Below, piece after piece: positions 1-7,896 of a DNA stretch of 64,000 nt; position 1 is the first letter of the stretch, and each line of letters begins with the position of its first letter. This stretch comes from Planctomycetota bacterium (lineage in GTDB: Bacteria > Planctomycetota > UBA1135): the NCBI GenBank assembly GCA_049609225.1, contig JBMYYH010000001.1, forward strand, positions 84,373 to 148,372, in the 5' to 3' direction. The notes under the pieces are model-generated. The model was not told the DNA's origin. It saw only the letters and a program-made list of their open reading frames with translations, and did no database searches. The position numbers were made by a program, and so were the translations under genes.

Positions 1-557
1 TCTTCCGAAGGAGTCATGCCGGCCTTACCCGGAGCCCAACCGGCAGGGCAGACCTGGCCACTTTCCTCAAGGAACGCCATGGCATCCAGCAGACGCAGGA
101 TCTCATCCATGTTGCGTCCGAGTGGCAAGTTGTTGACCATCTCGACCATGACCATGCCATCCTTCCCGATCAGGAAGGTGCCACGCATCGCGAAGGTGGT
201 CTCCTCATGGAGGACATCGTAGGCATTGGTCATGGAACGATCCTCGTCGCAGAGGAGCGGGTACTTGACCGGGCCGATGCCACCTTGGTCGATGGCGGTG
301 TTACGCCAGTTGGCGTGGGATTCTGCGTCGTCAATGGAGACACCCAAGACCTGGGCGCCGCGCTTTTGGAACTCACCGATGCGGTGATCAAAAGCGATCA
401 ATTCAGACGGTCACACGAAGGTGAAATCCTTAGGGTAAAAGAAGAGGACGACGGGCTGGCCCTTGTAATCAGACAAGGAAACCTGCTTGGTCGAGCCGTC
501 TTCCATGACCGCGGTAGCCGTGAAATCGGGCGCGGTTTTGTTGACGAGGACTGCCAT
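1..557 (-). CDS. Typical 2-Cys peroxiredoxin (AhpC/Tsa family). The C-terminus is cut by the window edge. An in-frame TGA (411-413) sits at the peroxidatic-Cys codon, making this a candidate selenocysteine peroxiredoxin.
   Basis: ATG at 557-555. The frame reads [12 protein letters not shown]...[13 protein letters not shown][TGA][28 protein letters not shown]...[19 protein letters not shown] and stays open to position 3. FTFV-C-P-(T/S)-E and VCPAGW are the canonical peroxidatic and resolving Cys motifs. Confidence 0.8.
361..396 (-). promoter_or_regulatory. SECIS-like bipartite hairpin 14 nt 3' of the peroxiredoxin TGA
   Basis: The minus-strand RNA folds as CGCUUUUG-AU-CACCG-CAU-CGGUG-AGUUC-CAAAAGCG. 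This gives an 8-bp perfect lower stem (396-389 / 368-361) and a 5-bp upper stem (386-382 / 378-374). Confidence 0.45.
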
Positions 558-586
558 GTTTATTTCTGGGATTGGGGACGGGCGAA

Positions 587-601
587 GCCCGGGGAAGGCC
601 A
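587..601 (-). promoter_or_regulatory. Weak candidate sigma-54 promoter for the peroxiredoxin gene
   Basis: The minus strand reads TGGCCT-TCCCC-GGGCTT, with GG (600-599) and GC (588-587) at the canonical GG-N10-GC spacing, about 30 nt upstream of ATG 557. Only the core dinucleotides and TGGC match the consensus TGGCAC-N5-TTGCW. Confidence 0.3.
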
Positions 602-619
602 TTCTAGGAGGGGTCCCAG

Positions 620-641
620 AAATCTCAATTTCGGGACGATT
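620..641. promoter_or_regulatory. 22-nt operator-like motif, near-identical to one in the norR-norC intergenic region
   Basis: AAATCTCAATTTCGGGACGATT here versus AAATCTCGAATTTCGGGAGATT at 4862-4883. The site lies inside the dyad GAAATC-N13-GATTTC (619-643). Confidence 0.5.
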
Positions 642-713
642 TCGTAGTAAATGCGACTCTCGGAAGGAATCCTCATAGGATGACAAACGATCGGCACGAC
701 ACCCCCCCACTCT

Positions 714-1862
714 ATGAGACTCCAGAAGCATCCTGACCTCCTAGCTCATTCCGAGCACCGCCATGCCACTTGGTTGGAGCTGTTCTTTGACCTCGTTTTC
801 GTTGCTGCTATCAGCGTGGTGACCCACAACCTCCTGGCTGTCCACGACGGGCATCTCGAACATGGACATGCCTGGCTATTTCCCCAGGAACTCATCCCCA
901 TCTGGTGGGTGTGGGCTTCCCAAACCCTCTTCGCCAATCGTTTCGACACCGACGGCCACCATCACCGCCTGGCCAATCTCATAATTATGCTGTTGGTGGC
1001 GACCATAGCCACCCTTCTTGGGGGCGCCTGGGCTCAAGAGACGGGAATGTTCCTGGCCTTCTACATCTCGGTGCGGATGATTTTGGCTTGGCTTTATCGA
1101 CAAGCCTCAGAGCATCAGGCCGTGTGTAAACCATTCGCACGTAAGATGAGTTTGGCAGTTGTCCTGGGCACCGCGATTTCCGCTACAGCGTTATTTCCTT
1201 CCTCACCGTGGCGTGAAATTTTATTCCTCTCAGGAATCGCATTTGAGATGATTTGTGTTGCACTTTGGAGTAAGGATAAAGATGCGCCAGAGGTCGACCG
1301 AGAACACCTCATCGAGCGCACCGGTTTGTTGTCCATTATTTTGCTCGGCGAGTCGGTCCTTAACTTGGTTTCGGCCCTGCGCAATTACAATTGGACGCCG
1401 TGGAGCCTGTCCGCTGGCCTTTCCGGGTTCATTATGCTGGGCAGCATTTGGTGGATTTATTTCGACAGCTTCAACCGACTCGGACAGGCCAAGCGACTGC
1501 GCAATGGCCTGGTGGTGCTGTATTCGCACGCGTTGTTCATCATGGGACTCGGCATTCTTGCCAGCCTGATCGCTCACGCTGTGCGCAGCGACATCGTCAT
1601 GACCGACTATCGCGTACTCGCAATCGGTGGCATGACTTTGCTATATCTGGGGAAGCAGATTCAGTACTACGTAGCCTTCCCGCCCTATCGCCGGAATATC
1701 CTCATCAACACGTCAGTCTGCATCGGCATCACTGCGGGCTCTGCGTTTTTACCTCGCCCTGAAATGGCCCTGATGGGCGCAACATGTGGACTCCTGTTCT
1801 GCGTTTTCAGCAGTGTCCGCTGGACCCTGAGCAAAGACGTTTCGGCGTACTTGAAGGGTTAG
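714..1862 (+). CDS. LtrA (low temperature requirement A) family integral membrane protein
   Basis: 382 aa and polytopic. The N-terminal [16 protein letters not shown] matches the LtrA-family signature as I recall it. Confidence 0.75.
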   Translation: MRLQKHPDLLAHSEHRHATWLELFFDLVFVAAISVVTHNLLAVHDGHLEHGHAWLFPQELIPIWWVWASQTLFANRFDTDGHHHRLANLIIMLLVATIATLLGGAWAQETGMFLAFYISVRMILAWLYRQASEHQAVCKPFARKMSLAVVLGTAISATALFPSSPWREILFLSGIAFEMICVALWSKDKDAPEVDREHLIERTGLLSIILLGESVLNLVSALRNYNWTPWSLSAGLSGFIMLGSIWWIYFDSFNRLGQAKRLRNGLVVLYSHALFIMGLGILASLIAHAVRSDIVMTDYRVLAIGGMTLLYLGKQIQYYVAFPPYRRNILINTSVCIGITAGSAFLPRPEMALMGATCGLLFCVFSSVRWTLSKDVSAYLKG

Positions 1863-1872
1863 ACTCGTAAGC

Positions 1873-3189
1873 ATGCCGTTGCTCCTGGCACTTGCCCTGA
1901 CCCTAGCCCCGCAAGACCCTTCCGCGGAATCCGTGAATGTGGCTTCGGAGGCTTCCGATCCCTTTGGCGCCGTTGCGATGCCGGAGTTGGACCGCAGTGA
2001 ATACCGTGCTTGGCGTAGGTACTTGCGTCCGACGGATGAGGAAGCAGCCTTTGAAGCGATTCCGTGGCTCCCCACCTTTGCGGATGGCTTGAAGGCCGCC
2101 GAAGAAGCGCAGTTGCCGCTCCTGCTGTGGGTGATGAACGGGCATCCGCTCGGCTGTACGTGAAACAATGGTGTCGCGGGCCGTGTGTCCGTGTTCTCTG
2201 ATCCACGGATTGCAGAGTTGTCGAAGGCATTCCTGCCTGCGGCGGATGAGGTTTGGCGTTTGCAGCGCGGCGGCGATGCCGAATGTCAGTTCTTCCAGCG
2301 CGCGGTCAACGGTGGCAAGTTGATCACCGACAATGGCACGCGCCAAGGCATCTACGTGATGGCGCCTTCGGGTGAGGTGCTGGCGCGCGTGAACAGCCTG
2401 AAGGCCGATCGCGTCTTGCAGATGATGCAGGAAGGACTGGCCGCATGGGAAGCACTACCGGAGGAACGCCGCCATCTGGCGTCGGATACACGACTGGAGG
2501 GTGAGGAGCGCTGGGAAGATTCCCGCCCGACGGAAGGTTTGTTGTTGTCGCGCATCGTGCGTGACCTACCCGTCGAAGGCACGGTGGACGGCACCCGCGC
2601 CACGCGTTGGAATCGCGATACATTGTGGTTCTCCAAGGAGGAGGTGGAACAGTTGGTCAAGGATGCACGGGACCGACCGGCCGATTGGGTGCCCCTCCCC
2701 CGCGCCTTCGCCCGACGGCTGGCCTGCTTCACCTTCGTCGACAATGTCTACGGCCAGTGCATTCCCTTCGACATGGAGGATGTCACGCAGATGCAATTGG
2801 AAGTGCGTTGGGAGTCCGAAGACGACGACAACCTGCACCTTCGGTTCCGCGGACGTACGGCGGCTGCGGAAGATGGCGAGTGGCGTCTGGGCGAGAACTT
2901 GTGGAAGCCGAAGAACATGCATGCGCATGCCTTGGAAACCACCATGCTCGGCAGTGGCACTTTCGACCTACACAGCCGCAGCTTCGTTGCCTTCGAGATG
3001 CTCGCACTCGGACGTCGCAGCGGCTTCACAGAGTTGAACAGCCGACGTTTCCGCCCCGAGCCAGGCGGCATCGGCTTTTTGATTCAACTGGATCGTCGCG
3101 CCTGGTCCGCCGCACCGACCTTCATCGCGCTTTATGAAGCGGATTGGGTCAAGCCGCCGACCAAAGGGCGGGAACTGACCAAAGACTAA
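1873..3189 (+). CDS. Secreted protein with a thioredoxin-fold-like N-terminal region. It is read as one gene through the in-frame TGA 2161-2163 (candidate Sec, context GCT-U-NNG).
   Basis: ORFs 1873-2163 and 2185-3189 are in the same frame, separated only by TGA plus 7 sense codons. The junction reads LPLLLWVMNGHPLGCT[TGA]NNGVAGRVSVFSDP. The N-terminus MPLLLALALTLAP is signal-like. The gene starts 10 nt after ltrA. Confidence 0.5.
2175..2193 (+). promoter_or_regulatory. SECIS-like hairpin starting 11 nt 3' of TGA 2161-2163
   Basis: CGCGGGC-CGUGU-GUCCGUG: a 7-bp stem (two G-U pairs) with a 5-nt loop containing GU. Confidence 0.4.
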
Positions 3190-3195
3190 GGCGCA

Positions 3196-4830
3196 TCAGG
3201 CCTTGCCCTTAGCGGCTTCGCGGATGCCAAGCCGCACGCTGAGGTGATGCAGATTGCTGCGATGCATGCCGAGTTCGCGTGCTGCCGCGGCCCATACTCC
3301 GTCGTGGCGAAGCAGTGCCTCACGAATGAGCATGCGCTGATAGTCCTCGACGGCTTCGCGCAATGGCCGTGGCTCATTTTTGGCCTCCTCAGAGGTTGGA
3401 GTCTCCATCTTGACCGGTGGGACCTCCACCGACGCACTCTCCTTCTCCGACACATTCGCTGGCACGAAGTCGCCACCTAGGTCGGCGCGTTGCACCAGGA
3501 TGAGGTTGCCGCGCAATACGCGGCCACTCGCTCGGAGGACCGCTCTGGAAAGGGTGTTCTCCAGTTCACGCACGTTTCCAGGCCAAGCGAACTCACGTAG
3601 GGCTTCGAGGGCGTCGGGGTGGAGGCGAATTGGGCCTAGACCTAACTGACGTCGGGTCTGATCGCAGAAATGACCGGACAGGACCGCGATGTCTTCGCGT
3701 CGGGCGCGGAGAGGCGGGACCACCAAACGGCAGACGTCGAGGCGGTGCAGCAGGTCCGAGCGGAAATGGCCGGCCTCAACCTCCTTTTCCAAGACGCGAT
3801 TGGTGGCTGCAAAAACTCGTACTGAAACACGATGCGTCTTGTCCGAACCCACGCGCTGGATCTCTCCTGATTGCAGCGCACGAAGCAGCTTGGGTTGCAC
3901 CGACATCGGCAACTCTCCAATCTCATCAAGGAAAAGGCATCCACCATCGGCAACTTGGAATTTGCCCAAGCGCTTGTGCGTCGCACCGGTGAAGCTGCCG
4001 GATTCATGGCCGAAGAGTTCGCTCTCCACCACGGATTCCGGCAAGGCTGCACAGTTCACATAGATCAGTGGCTTGGCCGAACGGGTCGACTCCTGATGCA
4101 GGCGCTGGACCACGAGTTCCTTACCGGCGCCGGTCTCGCCGGTGATGAGTACTGGAAAATCAGAGCCCGCGAACAGGGCAATCTCTTCCAGCAGGTTCGA
4201 CATCGCCTCACTCTGCCCCACCATACGCACGGTTGGCTTGGGCCCCTCAGCCAACAGGGCGTCGGCAATGAGGTCTTGCTTCTGGGCCGCGCGCTCGAGG
4301 GCGTCGTCCAGATCGGCGGTGCGCAGTGCCGCGGTGGCGAAGGCTGCGAGCAGATCGAGCAGGATGATGGGCACCTTGTCGAAGGTCCCCGGTGCGATGG
4401 CATCCAACGCAAGGACTCCGATCAAGCGATCTCCGATCCGAAGGGGCACTCCCATGCAGGCATGGACGTGACTTGTGAAACCTTTGTGCCCATCAAGCAG
4501 ACCATCAAAGGGGTCGGCCAACGGCGAGTCTGCAGGGAATCGCACCGCCTCTTCGGCTTTGCAGATGACGGAAAACCGCGGGTTATCCGAGATGTGGAAA
4601 GCGTGACCATGGGCCTCGTCAGCCAGTCCCAGGGAAGCCACTGGGATGAGGGCTTCGTCTTGGGTCCGTAGCAGGGTGACGGCATCCGCCTTCAACAAGC
4701 GCTGCACGCCGACCACGAAGCGTTGGTAACGCTGCTCGGGGTCCAGGGTCAAAACGAGGTCTTGGGCAAGATCCCGCAGCCCTGGAAGCAGCGAAAGCGT
4801 TGTCGTTTGCACATCAGTTGTCGTTTTCAC
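3196..4830 (-). CDS. norR: Sigma-54-dependent NO-responsive transcriptional activator (NorR type: GAF domain, AAA+ domain, Fis-type HTH)
   Basis: GTG start. Walker A is VLITGETGAGKE, with ESELFGHESGSFTGA and a C-terminal HTH AAARELGMHRSNLHHL. It is divergent from the nor operon. Confidence 0.85.
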   Translation of the reverse strand: MKTTTDVQTTTLSLLPGLRDLAQDLVLTLDPEQRYQRFVVGVQRLLKADAVTLLRTQDEALIPVASLGLADEAHGHAFHISDNPRFSVICKAEEAVRFPADSPLADPFDGLLDGHKGFTSHVHACMGVPLRIGDRLIGVLALDAIAPGTFDKVPIILLDLLAAFATAALRTADLDDALERAAQKQDLIADALLAEGPKPTVRMVGQSEAMSNLLEEIALFAGSDFPVLITGETGAGKELVVQRLHQESTRSAKPLIYVNCAALPESVVESELFGHESGSFTGATHKRLGKFQVADGGCLFLDEIGELPMSVQPKLLRALQSGEIQRVGSDKTHRVSVRVFAATNRVLEKEVEAGHFRSDLLHRLDVCRLVVPPLRARREDIAVLSGHFCDQTRRQLGLGPIRLHPDALEALREFAWPGNVRELENTLSRAVLRASGRVLRGNLILVQRADLGGDFVPANVSEKESASVEVPPVKMETPTSEEAKNEPRPLREAVEDYQRMLIREALLRHDGVWAAAARELGMHRSNLHHLSVRLGIREAAKGKA

Positions 4831-4861
4831 AGCGGGTATTGTAGTCGAAAAAACAACCTCA

Positions 4862-4917
4862 AAATCTCGAATTTCGGGAGATTACTCTATTTTCGGAGTT
4901 AGAGATATTAATATCTC
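4862..4917. promoter_or_regulatory. Cluster of three dyad symmetries, a candidate enhancer (UAS) for NorR
   Basis: AATCTC-N9-GAGATT (4863-4883), CTCTA-N10-TAGAG (4885-4904), and the perfect 16-nt palindrome GAGATATTAATATCTC (4902-4917), which abuts the -24 element. Confidence 0.4.
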
Positions 4918-4932
4918 GGCACGCTTTTTGCT
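4917..4932 (+). promoter_or_regulatory. Sigma-54 (-24/-12) promoter of the nor-nir operon
   Basis: CGGCACG-CTTT-TTGCT versus consensus TGGCACG-N4-TTGCW. It lies 56 nt upstream of the norC ATG and next to a sigma-54 activator gene. Confidence 0.65.
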
Positions 4933-4987
4933 CCCTCCCCGGTGAGCCAAGAGCTCAACCTCCCAACCCAAGACCTGAGAACACCTC

Positions 4988-5719
4988 ATGCTCACCAAAT
5001 CAGCCGCCAAAGCGTTCTTCCTGGGCGGCACAGCCTTGTGCAGCATCGCCTTCGTGCTCCTCTCCATGGACACGCTGGCACAGATGCCGGATCGCTCGAA
5101 CCAGGACCAGATGTCGGATTCCGTCGTACGCGGACACCATATCTGGAACAAGAACAACTGTATGGGCTGCCACACCATCATGGGTGAAGGCGCCTACTAC
5201 GCACCGGAATTGACCCTTGTCATGGAACGACGCTCCAAAGCTTGGATCGCCGAATTCCTGAAGGACCCGGAGCGCATGTACCCAGGTCGCCGCAAGATGA
5301 CCAAGTACGACTTCTTCGATCCTGCCATCGTCGGTGAGGAAGAAGCTGCCAAGAACGTCGACGACATCGTCGCCTTCTTTACATGGGTCGGCAAGATCGA
5401 CCTCAACGGCTTCCCGGCTGAGCCGGATATGGCTACTTCGCCTCGGCTCGTGACTCCTGATGTCACCGAGTCGGACGCCCTGTCCGCTGCCCCTACATAC
5501 TTTTCCACGGTTTGCACGAGCTGTCACGCCGTCAATGGCGCCGGCGGCAACGTCGGTCCGGACCTGGCTGGTGTTGCCGACCGCTATGAGCCAGATTACC
5601 TACGCAAGTGGGTTTCCGACCCGAACTCGGTGAAGCCTGGCACCGCCATGCCAAACCTTGGCCTTCAAGGCGAAGAGCTCGAGCAAATCCTTTCCTACCT
5701 AGGAACCCTCAAGGAGTAG
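4988..5719 (+). CDS. norC: Nitric oxide reductase subunit C with an extra C-terminal class I cytochrome c domain (diheme)
   Basis: N-terminal TM helix, NorC-like CMGCHTIMGEGAYYAPELT, and a second heme site CTSCHAVNGAGGNVGPDL...PGTAMP. Confidence 0.85.
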   Translation: MLTKSAAKAFFLGGTALCSIAFVLLSMDTLAQMPDRSNQDQMSDSVVRGHHIWNKNNCMGCHTIMGEGAYYAPELTLVMERRSKAWIAEFLKDPERMYPGRRKMTKYDFFDPAIVGEEEAAKNVDDIVAFFTWVGKIDLNGFPAEPDMATSPRLVTPDVTESDALSAAPTYFSTVCTSCHAVNGAGGNVGPDLAGVADRYEPDYLRKWVSDPNSVKPGTAMPNLGLQGEELEQILSYLGTLKE

Positions 5720-5723
5720 GACC

Positions 5724-7073
5724 ATGTACGCAAAATCAACCAAGCTCGCGTGGACCTTCTTCGCCACGTGCATGGGCCTGTTCGCCCTGCAACTCCTCTA
5801 TGGATTCATCCTCGGCTTCGACCGCATGGGCTTCGATGTGCTCCATGATTGGATCCCCTTCAACACAGCACGCGCGACGCACACCAACCTGCTCGTCGTG
5901 TGGCTCTTGGCCGGCTTCATGGGTTCGGCCTACTACATCATCCCGCAGGAATCCGGTCGTGAGATCTGGAGCCCAAAGCTCGCCTGGATCCAATGGCTTT
6001 CCTTGGTCTTGGTCGGTGTCGTCGCCCTTATCGGCTACCACCTGAACTACTGGGAAGGACGCAAGTTCCTCGAGATCCCGCGCCCACTCGACTACCTTGT
6101 GGTTGTCAACGTGTTGGCTTTCTTGTTCAACCTCCTGATGACCATCTGGACGGGAAAAAACAAGAGCACGACAGCTATGGTGCTGTTCTTTGGCTTGCTC
6201 ATGGCCGCGTTGCTGTACCTGCCAGGCATGTACACCTTCGACAACATTGTGCATGATTCCTACTTCCGCTGGTGGGTGGTCCACCTCTGGGTAGAAGGCG
6301 TTTGGGAACTGATCATGGGTGCGATCCTTTCGTTCCTGTTGATCAAACTGACGGGTGTGGACCGCGAAGTGATCGAGAAGTGGCTGTACATCATCGTCGG
6401 CTTCACCTTCCTCTCCGGCATTCTCGGTACCGGGCACCACTACTACTTCACTGGCGCTCCCGGCTACTGGCTCATGGTTGGTGGAATTTTCTCGGCCCTC
6501 GAGCCGCTGGCCTTCCTCGGCATGGCCATGTACGCCATCGTCATGGCGCGCAGGGGCGGACGTAATCATCCAAACAAACTCGCTCTGACGTGGACCATTG
6601 GTTGCGCCATCATGAGTTTCGTCGGTGCTGGATTCCTTGGCTTTGCGCATACCCTTCCGGCGGTCAACATGTGGACGCACGGAACGCTGGTAACGGCAAT
6701 GCACGGTCACATGGCTTTCTGGGGCGCTTACGCGATGCTCATCCTGGCAATGATCACCTACGCCTTGCCGGAAATGACTGGGCGCAACCTCTTTAAGGGT
6801 TGGATCCCGGAATGGGCATTCTGGCTCAGCAACATTGGCATGATTTCGATGACGGGCGCCTTCGCCGTCATGGGTGTCGCCCAGGTGTACATGGAGCGTA
6901 AGTCCGGCATGGACTTCCTCGATGTGCAGGAGAGCTTGGAAATCCACGCTTTCGGCTTAGTCCTTGCTGCGGCGTTGTTCTCCATCGGCATTGGATTGTT
7001 CATCAAGAACTTCATCAGCTACGGCCTCCCGAACGACGAGGTCTTGGCAGCCCAAGAGGGCATAGAGGGTTAG
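5724..7073 (+). CDS. norB: Nitric oxide reductase subunit B (cNOR, heme-copper oxidase superfamily)
   Basis: 449 aa with 12 TM helices. Contains WWVVHLWVEGVWEL (the FeB His/Glu motif) and GTGHHYYFTG. Confidence 0.9.
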   Translation: MYAKSTKLAWTFFATCMGLFALQLLYGFILGFDRMGFDVLHDWIPFNTARATHTNLLVVWLLAGFMGSAYYIIPQESGREIWSPKLAWIQWLSLVLVGVVALIGYHLNYWEGRKFLEIPRPLDYLVVVNVLAFLFNLLMTIWTGKNKSTTAMVLFFGLLMAALLYLPGMYTFDNIVHDSYFRWWVVHLWVEGVWELIMGAILSFLLIKLTGVDREVIEKWLYIIVGFTFLSGILGTGHHYYFTGAPGYWLMVGGIFSALEPLAFLGMAMYAIVMARRGGRNHPNKLALTWTIGCAIMSFVGAGFLGFAHTLPAVNMWTHGTLVTAMHGHMAFWGAYAMLILAMITYALPEMTGRNLFKGWIPEWAFWLSNIGMISMTGAFAVMGVAQVYMERKSGMDFLDVQESLEIHAFGLVLAAALFSIGIGLFIKNFISYGLPNDEVLAAQEGIEG

Positions 7074-7076
7074 GAA

Positions 7077-7892
7077 ATGTCTGGGACCAACGTCATGTCT
7101 GAAAGTCAACAAGAGAAGGGGTTGGTCCCTTTCTACCAACCCATCGCGCAGGAGACCGATCTGTTCCTGCACTGCTGGCAGCAGAAACTGCCACTCATGC
7201 TCAAGGGGCCGACTGGCTGTGGTAAATCTCGATTCGTCGAACACATGGCAGAGCAGCTAGGCCGGCCTCTTGTTTCCGTCGCCTGTCACGACGACACCAG
7301 CGCTTCCGATCTACTCGGTCGTTGGTTGGTGCGCGGCGGCGACACCGTATGGCAAGATGGCCCTGCAACGCGCGCCGTGCGTGAGGGAGCCATCCTCTAC
7401 CTCGACGAAGTGGCGGAAGCCCGGCCCGATGTGGTCGTGGCCATCCACCCCCTTACTGACCACCGCCGTCGTCTGTTCTTGGAGCGCCACGATGAAGTGC
7501 TCGAAGCCATCGACGACTTCATGTTGGTGGTCTCCTTCAACCCCGGTTATCAGAAGGGTTGGAAGGAACTGAAGCCTTCGACGCGGCAACGTTTCGTCGC
7601 GCATAGCTTCGACTATCCCACGCCCGAACTCGAGACCCGCATTCTCTGCGGCGAGACCGGATGTGAAGTCGACCTCGCCAAACGCCTGGTGAAACTCGCC
7701 GGCAAGTTGCGCGGCCTGGAAGAGCTCGGCTTGGCAGAGAAAGCATCCACGCGCTTGTTGGTAGACGCAGTCCGCCTCATCCAAGCAGGCATGGCACCTC
7801 GTGTCGCTTGCATCGCTGCGATCTGCGAACCGCTGTCGGACGAAGCCGACATCCTCGAAGCCCTACGCGAAGTCGTCACGCTCGCCTTCTAG
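7077..7892 (+). CDS. norQ: NorQ/CbbQ-type MoxR AAA+ ATPase
   Basis: Walker A LMLKGPTGCGKS and Walker B AILYLDEV. About 270 aa, located between norB and norD. Confidence 0.85.
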   Translation: MSGTNVMSESQQEKGLVPFYQPIAQETDLFLHCWQQKLPLMLKGPTGCGKSRFVEHMAEQLGRPLVSVACHDDTSASDLLGRWLVRGGDTVWQDGPATRAVREGAILYLDEVAEARPDVVVAIHPLTDHRRRLFLERHDEVLEAIDDFMLVVSFNPGYQKGWKELKPSTRQRFVAHSFDYPTPELETRILCGETGCEVDLAKRLVKLAGKLRGLEELGLAEKASTRLLVDAVRLIQAGMAPRVACIAAICEPLSDEADILEALREVVTLAF

Positions 7893-7896
7893 TCTC

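Noticed and set aside
16-647. Plus-strand ORFs 16-222 (68 aa) and 207-647 (146 aa)
   Set aside because: They lie antisense to a peroxiredoxin frame with unmistakable family motifs. Their sequences are low-complexity and Arg/Gly/Val-rich, typical of shadow ORFs in GC-rich DNA.
693-706. A plus-strand sigma-54 promoter for ltrA, based on TCGGCACG at 691-698
   Set aside because: The -12 position (705-706) is CC, not GC. The predicted start would also fall at or inside the ATG at 714. I kept it only as part of the shared-motif observation.
411-2163. The idea that TGA is reassigned genome-wide (code 4/25-like)
   Set aside because: Several well-supported genes in the window terminate at TGA at the expected protein length (nirV 12145-12147, sco 12768-12770, norE 13366-13368, the radical SAM gene 45834-45836). 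Only the two Cys-context TGAs need reinterpretation.
4844-4854. Enterobacterial-type NorR half-site pattern GT-N7-AC (GTCGAAAAAAC)
   Set aside because: This four-base pattern is expected by chance every few hundred bp. I found only a single occurrence, with no dyad or triplet arrangement.
4846-4857. Exact 12-mer CGAAAAAACAAC repeated at 9816-9827, immediately before the nirK ATG
   Set aside because: Some exact 12-mer repeats are expected by chance in 64 kb. The sequence is simply an A-rich leader, and the two copies have no flanking similarity.
5736-6947. 403-aa minus-strand ORF
   Set aside because: It is antisense to norB, whose frame shows the HLWVEG and HHYY heme-copper motifs.
7801-7896. 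The upstream extension of norD given in the ORF track (start at 7801)
   Set aside because: It overlaps the last 92 nt of norQ in another frame and translates to Ser/Arg-rich sequence. The ATG at 7897, 4 nt after the norQ stop, gives a normal NorD N-terminus.
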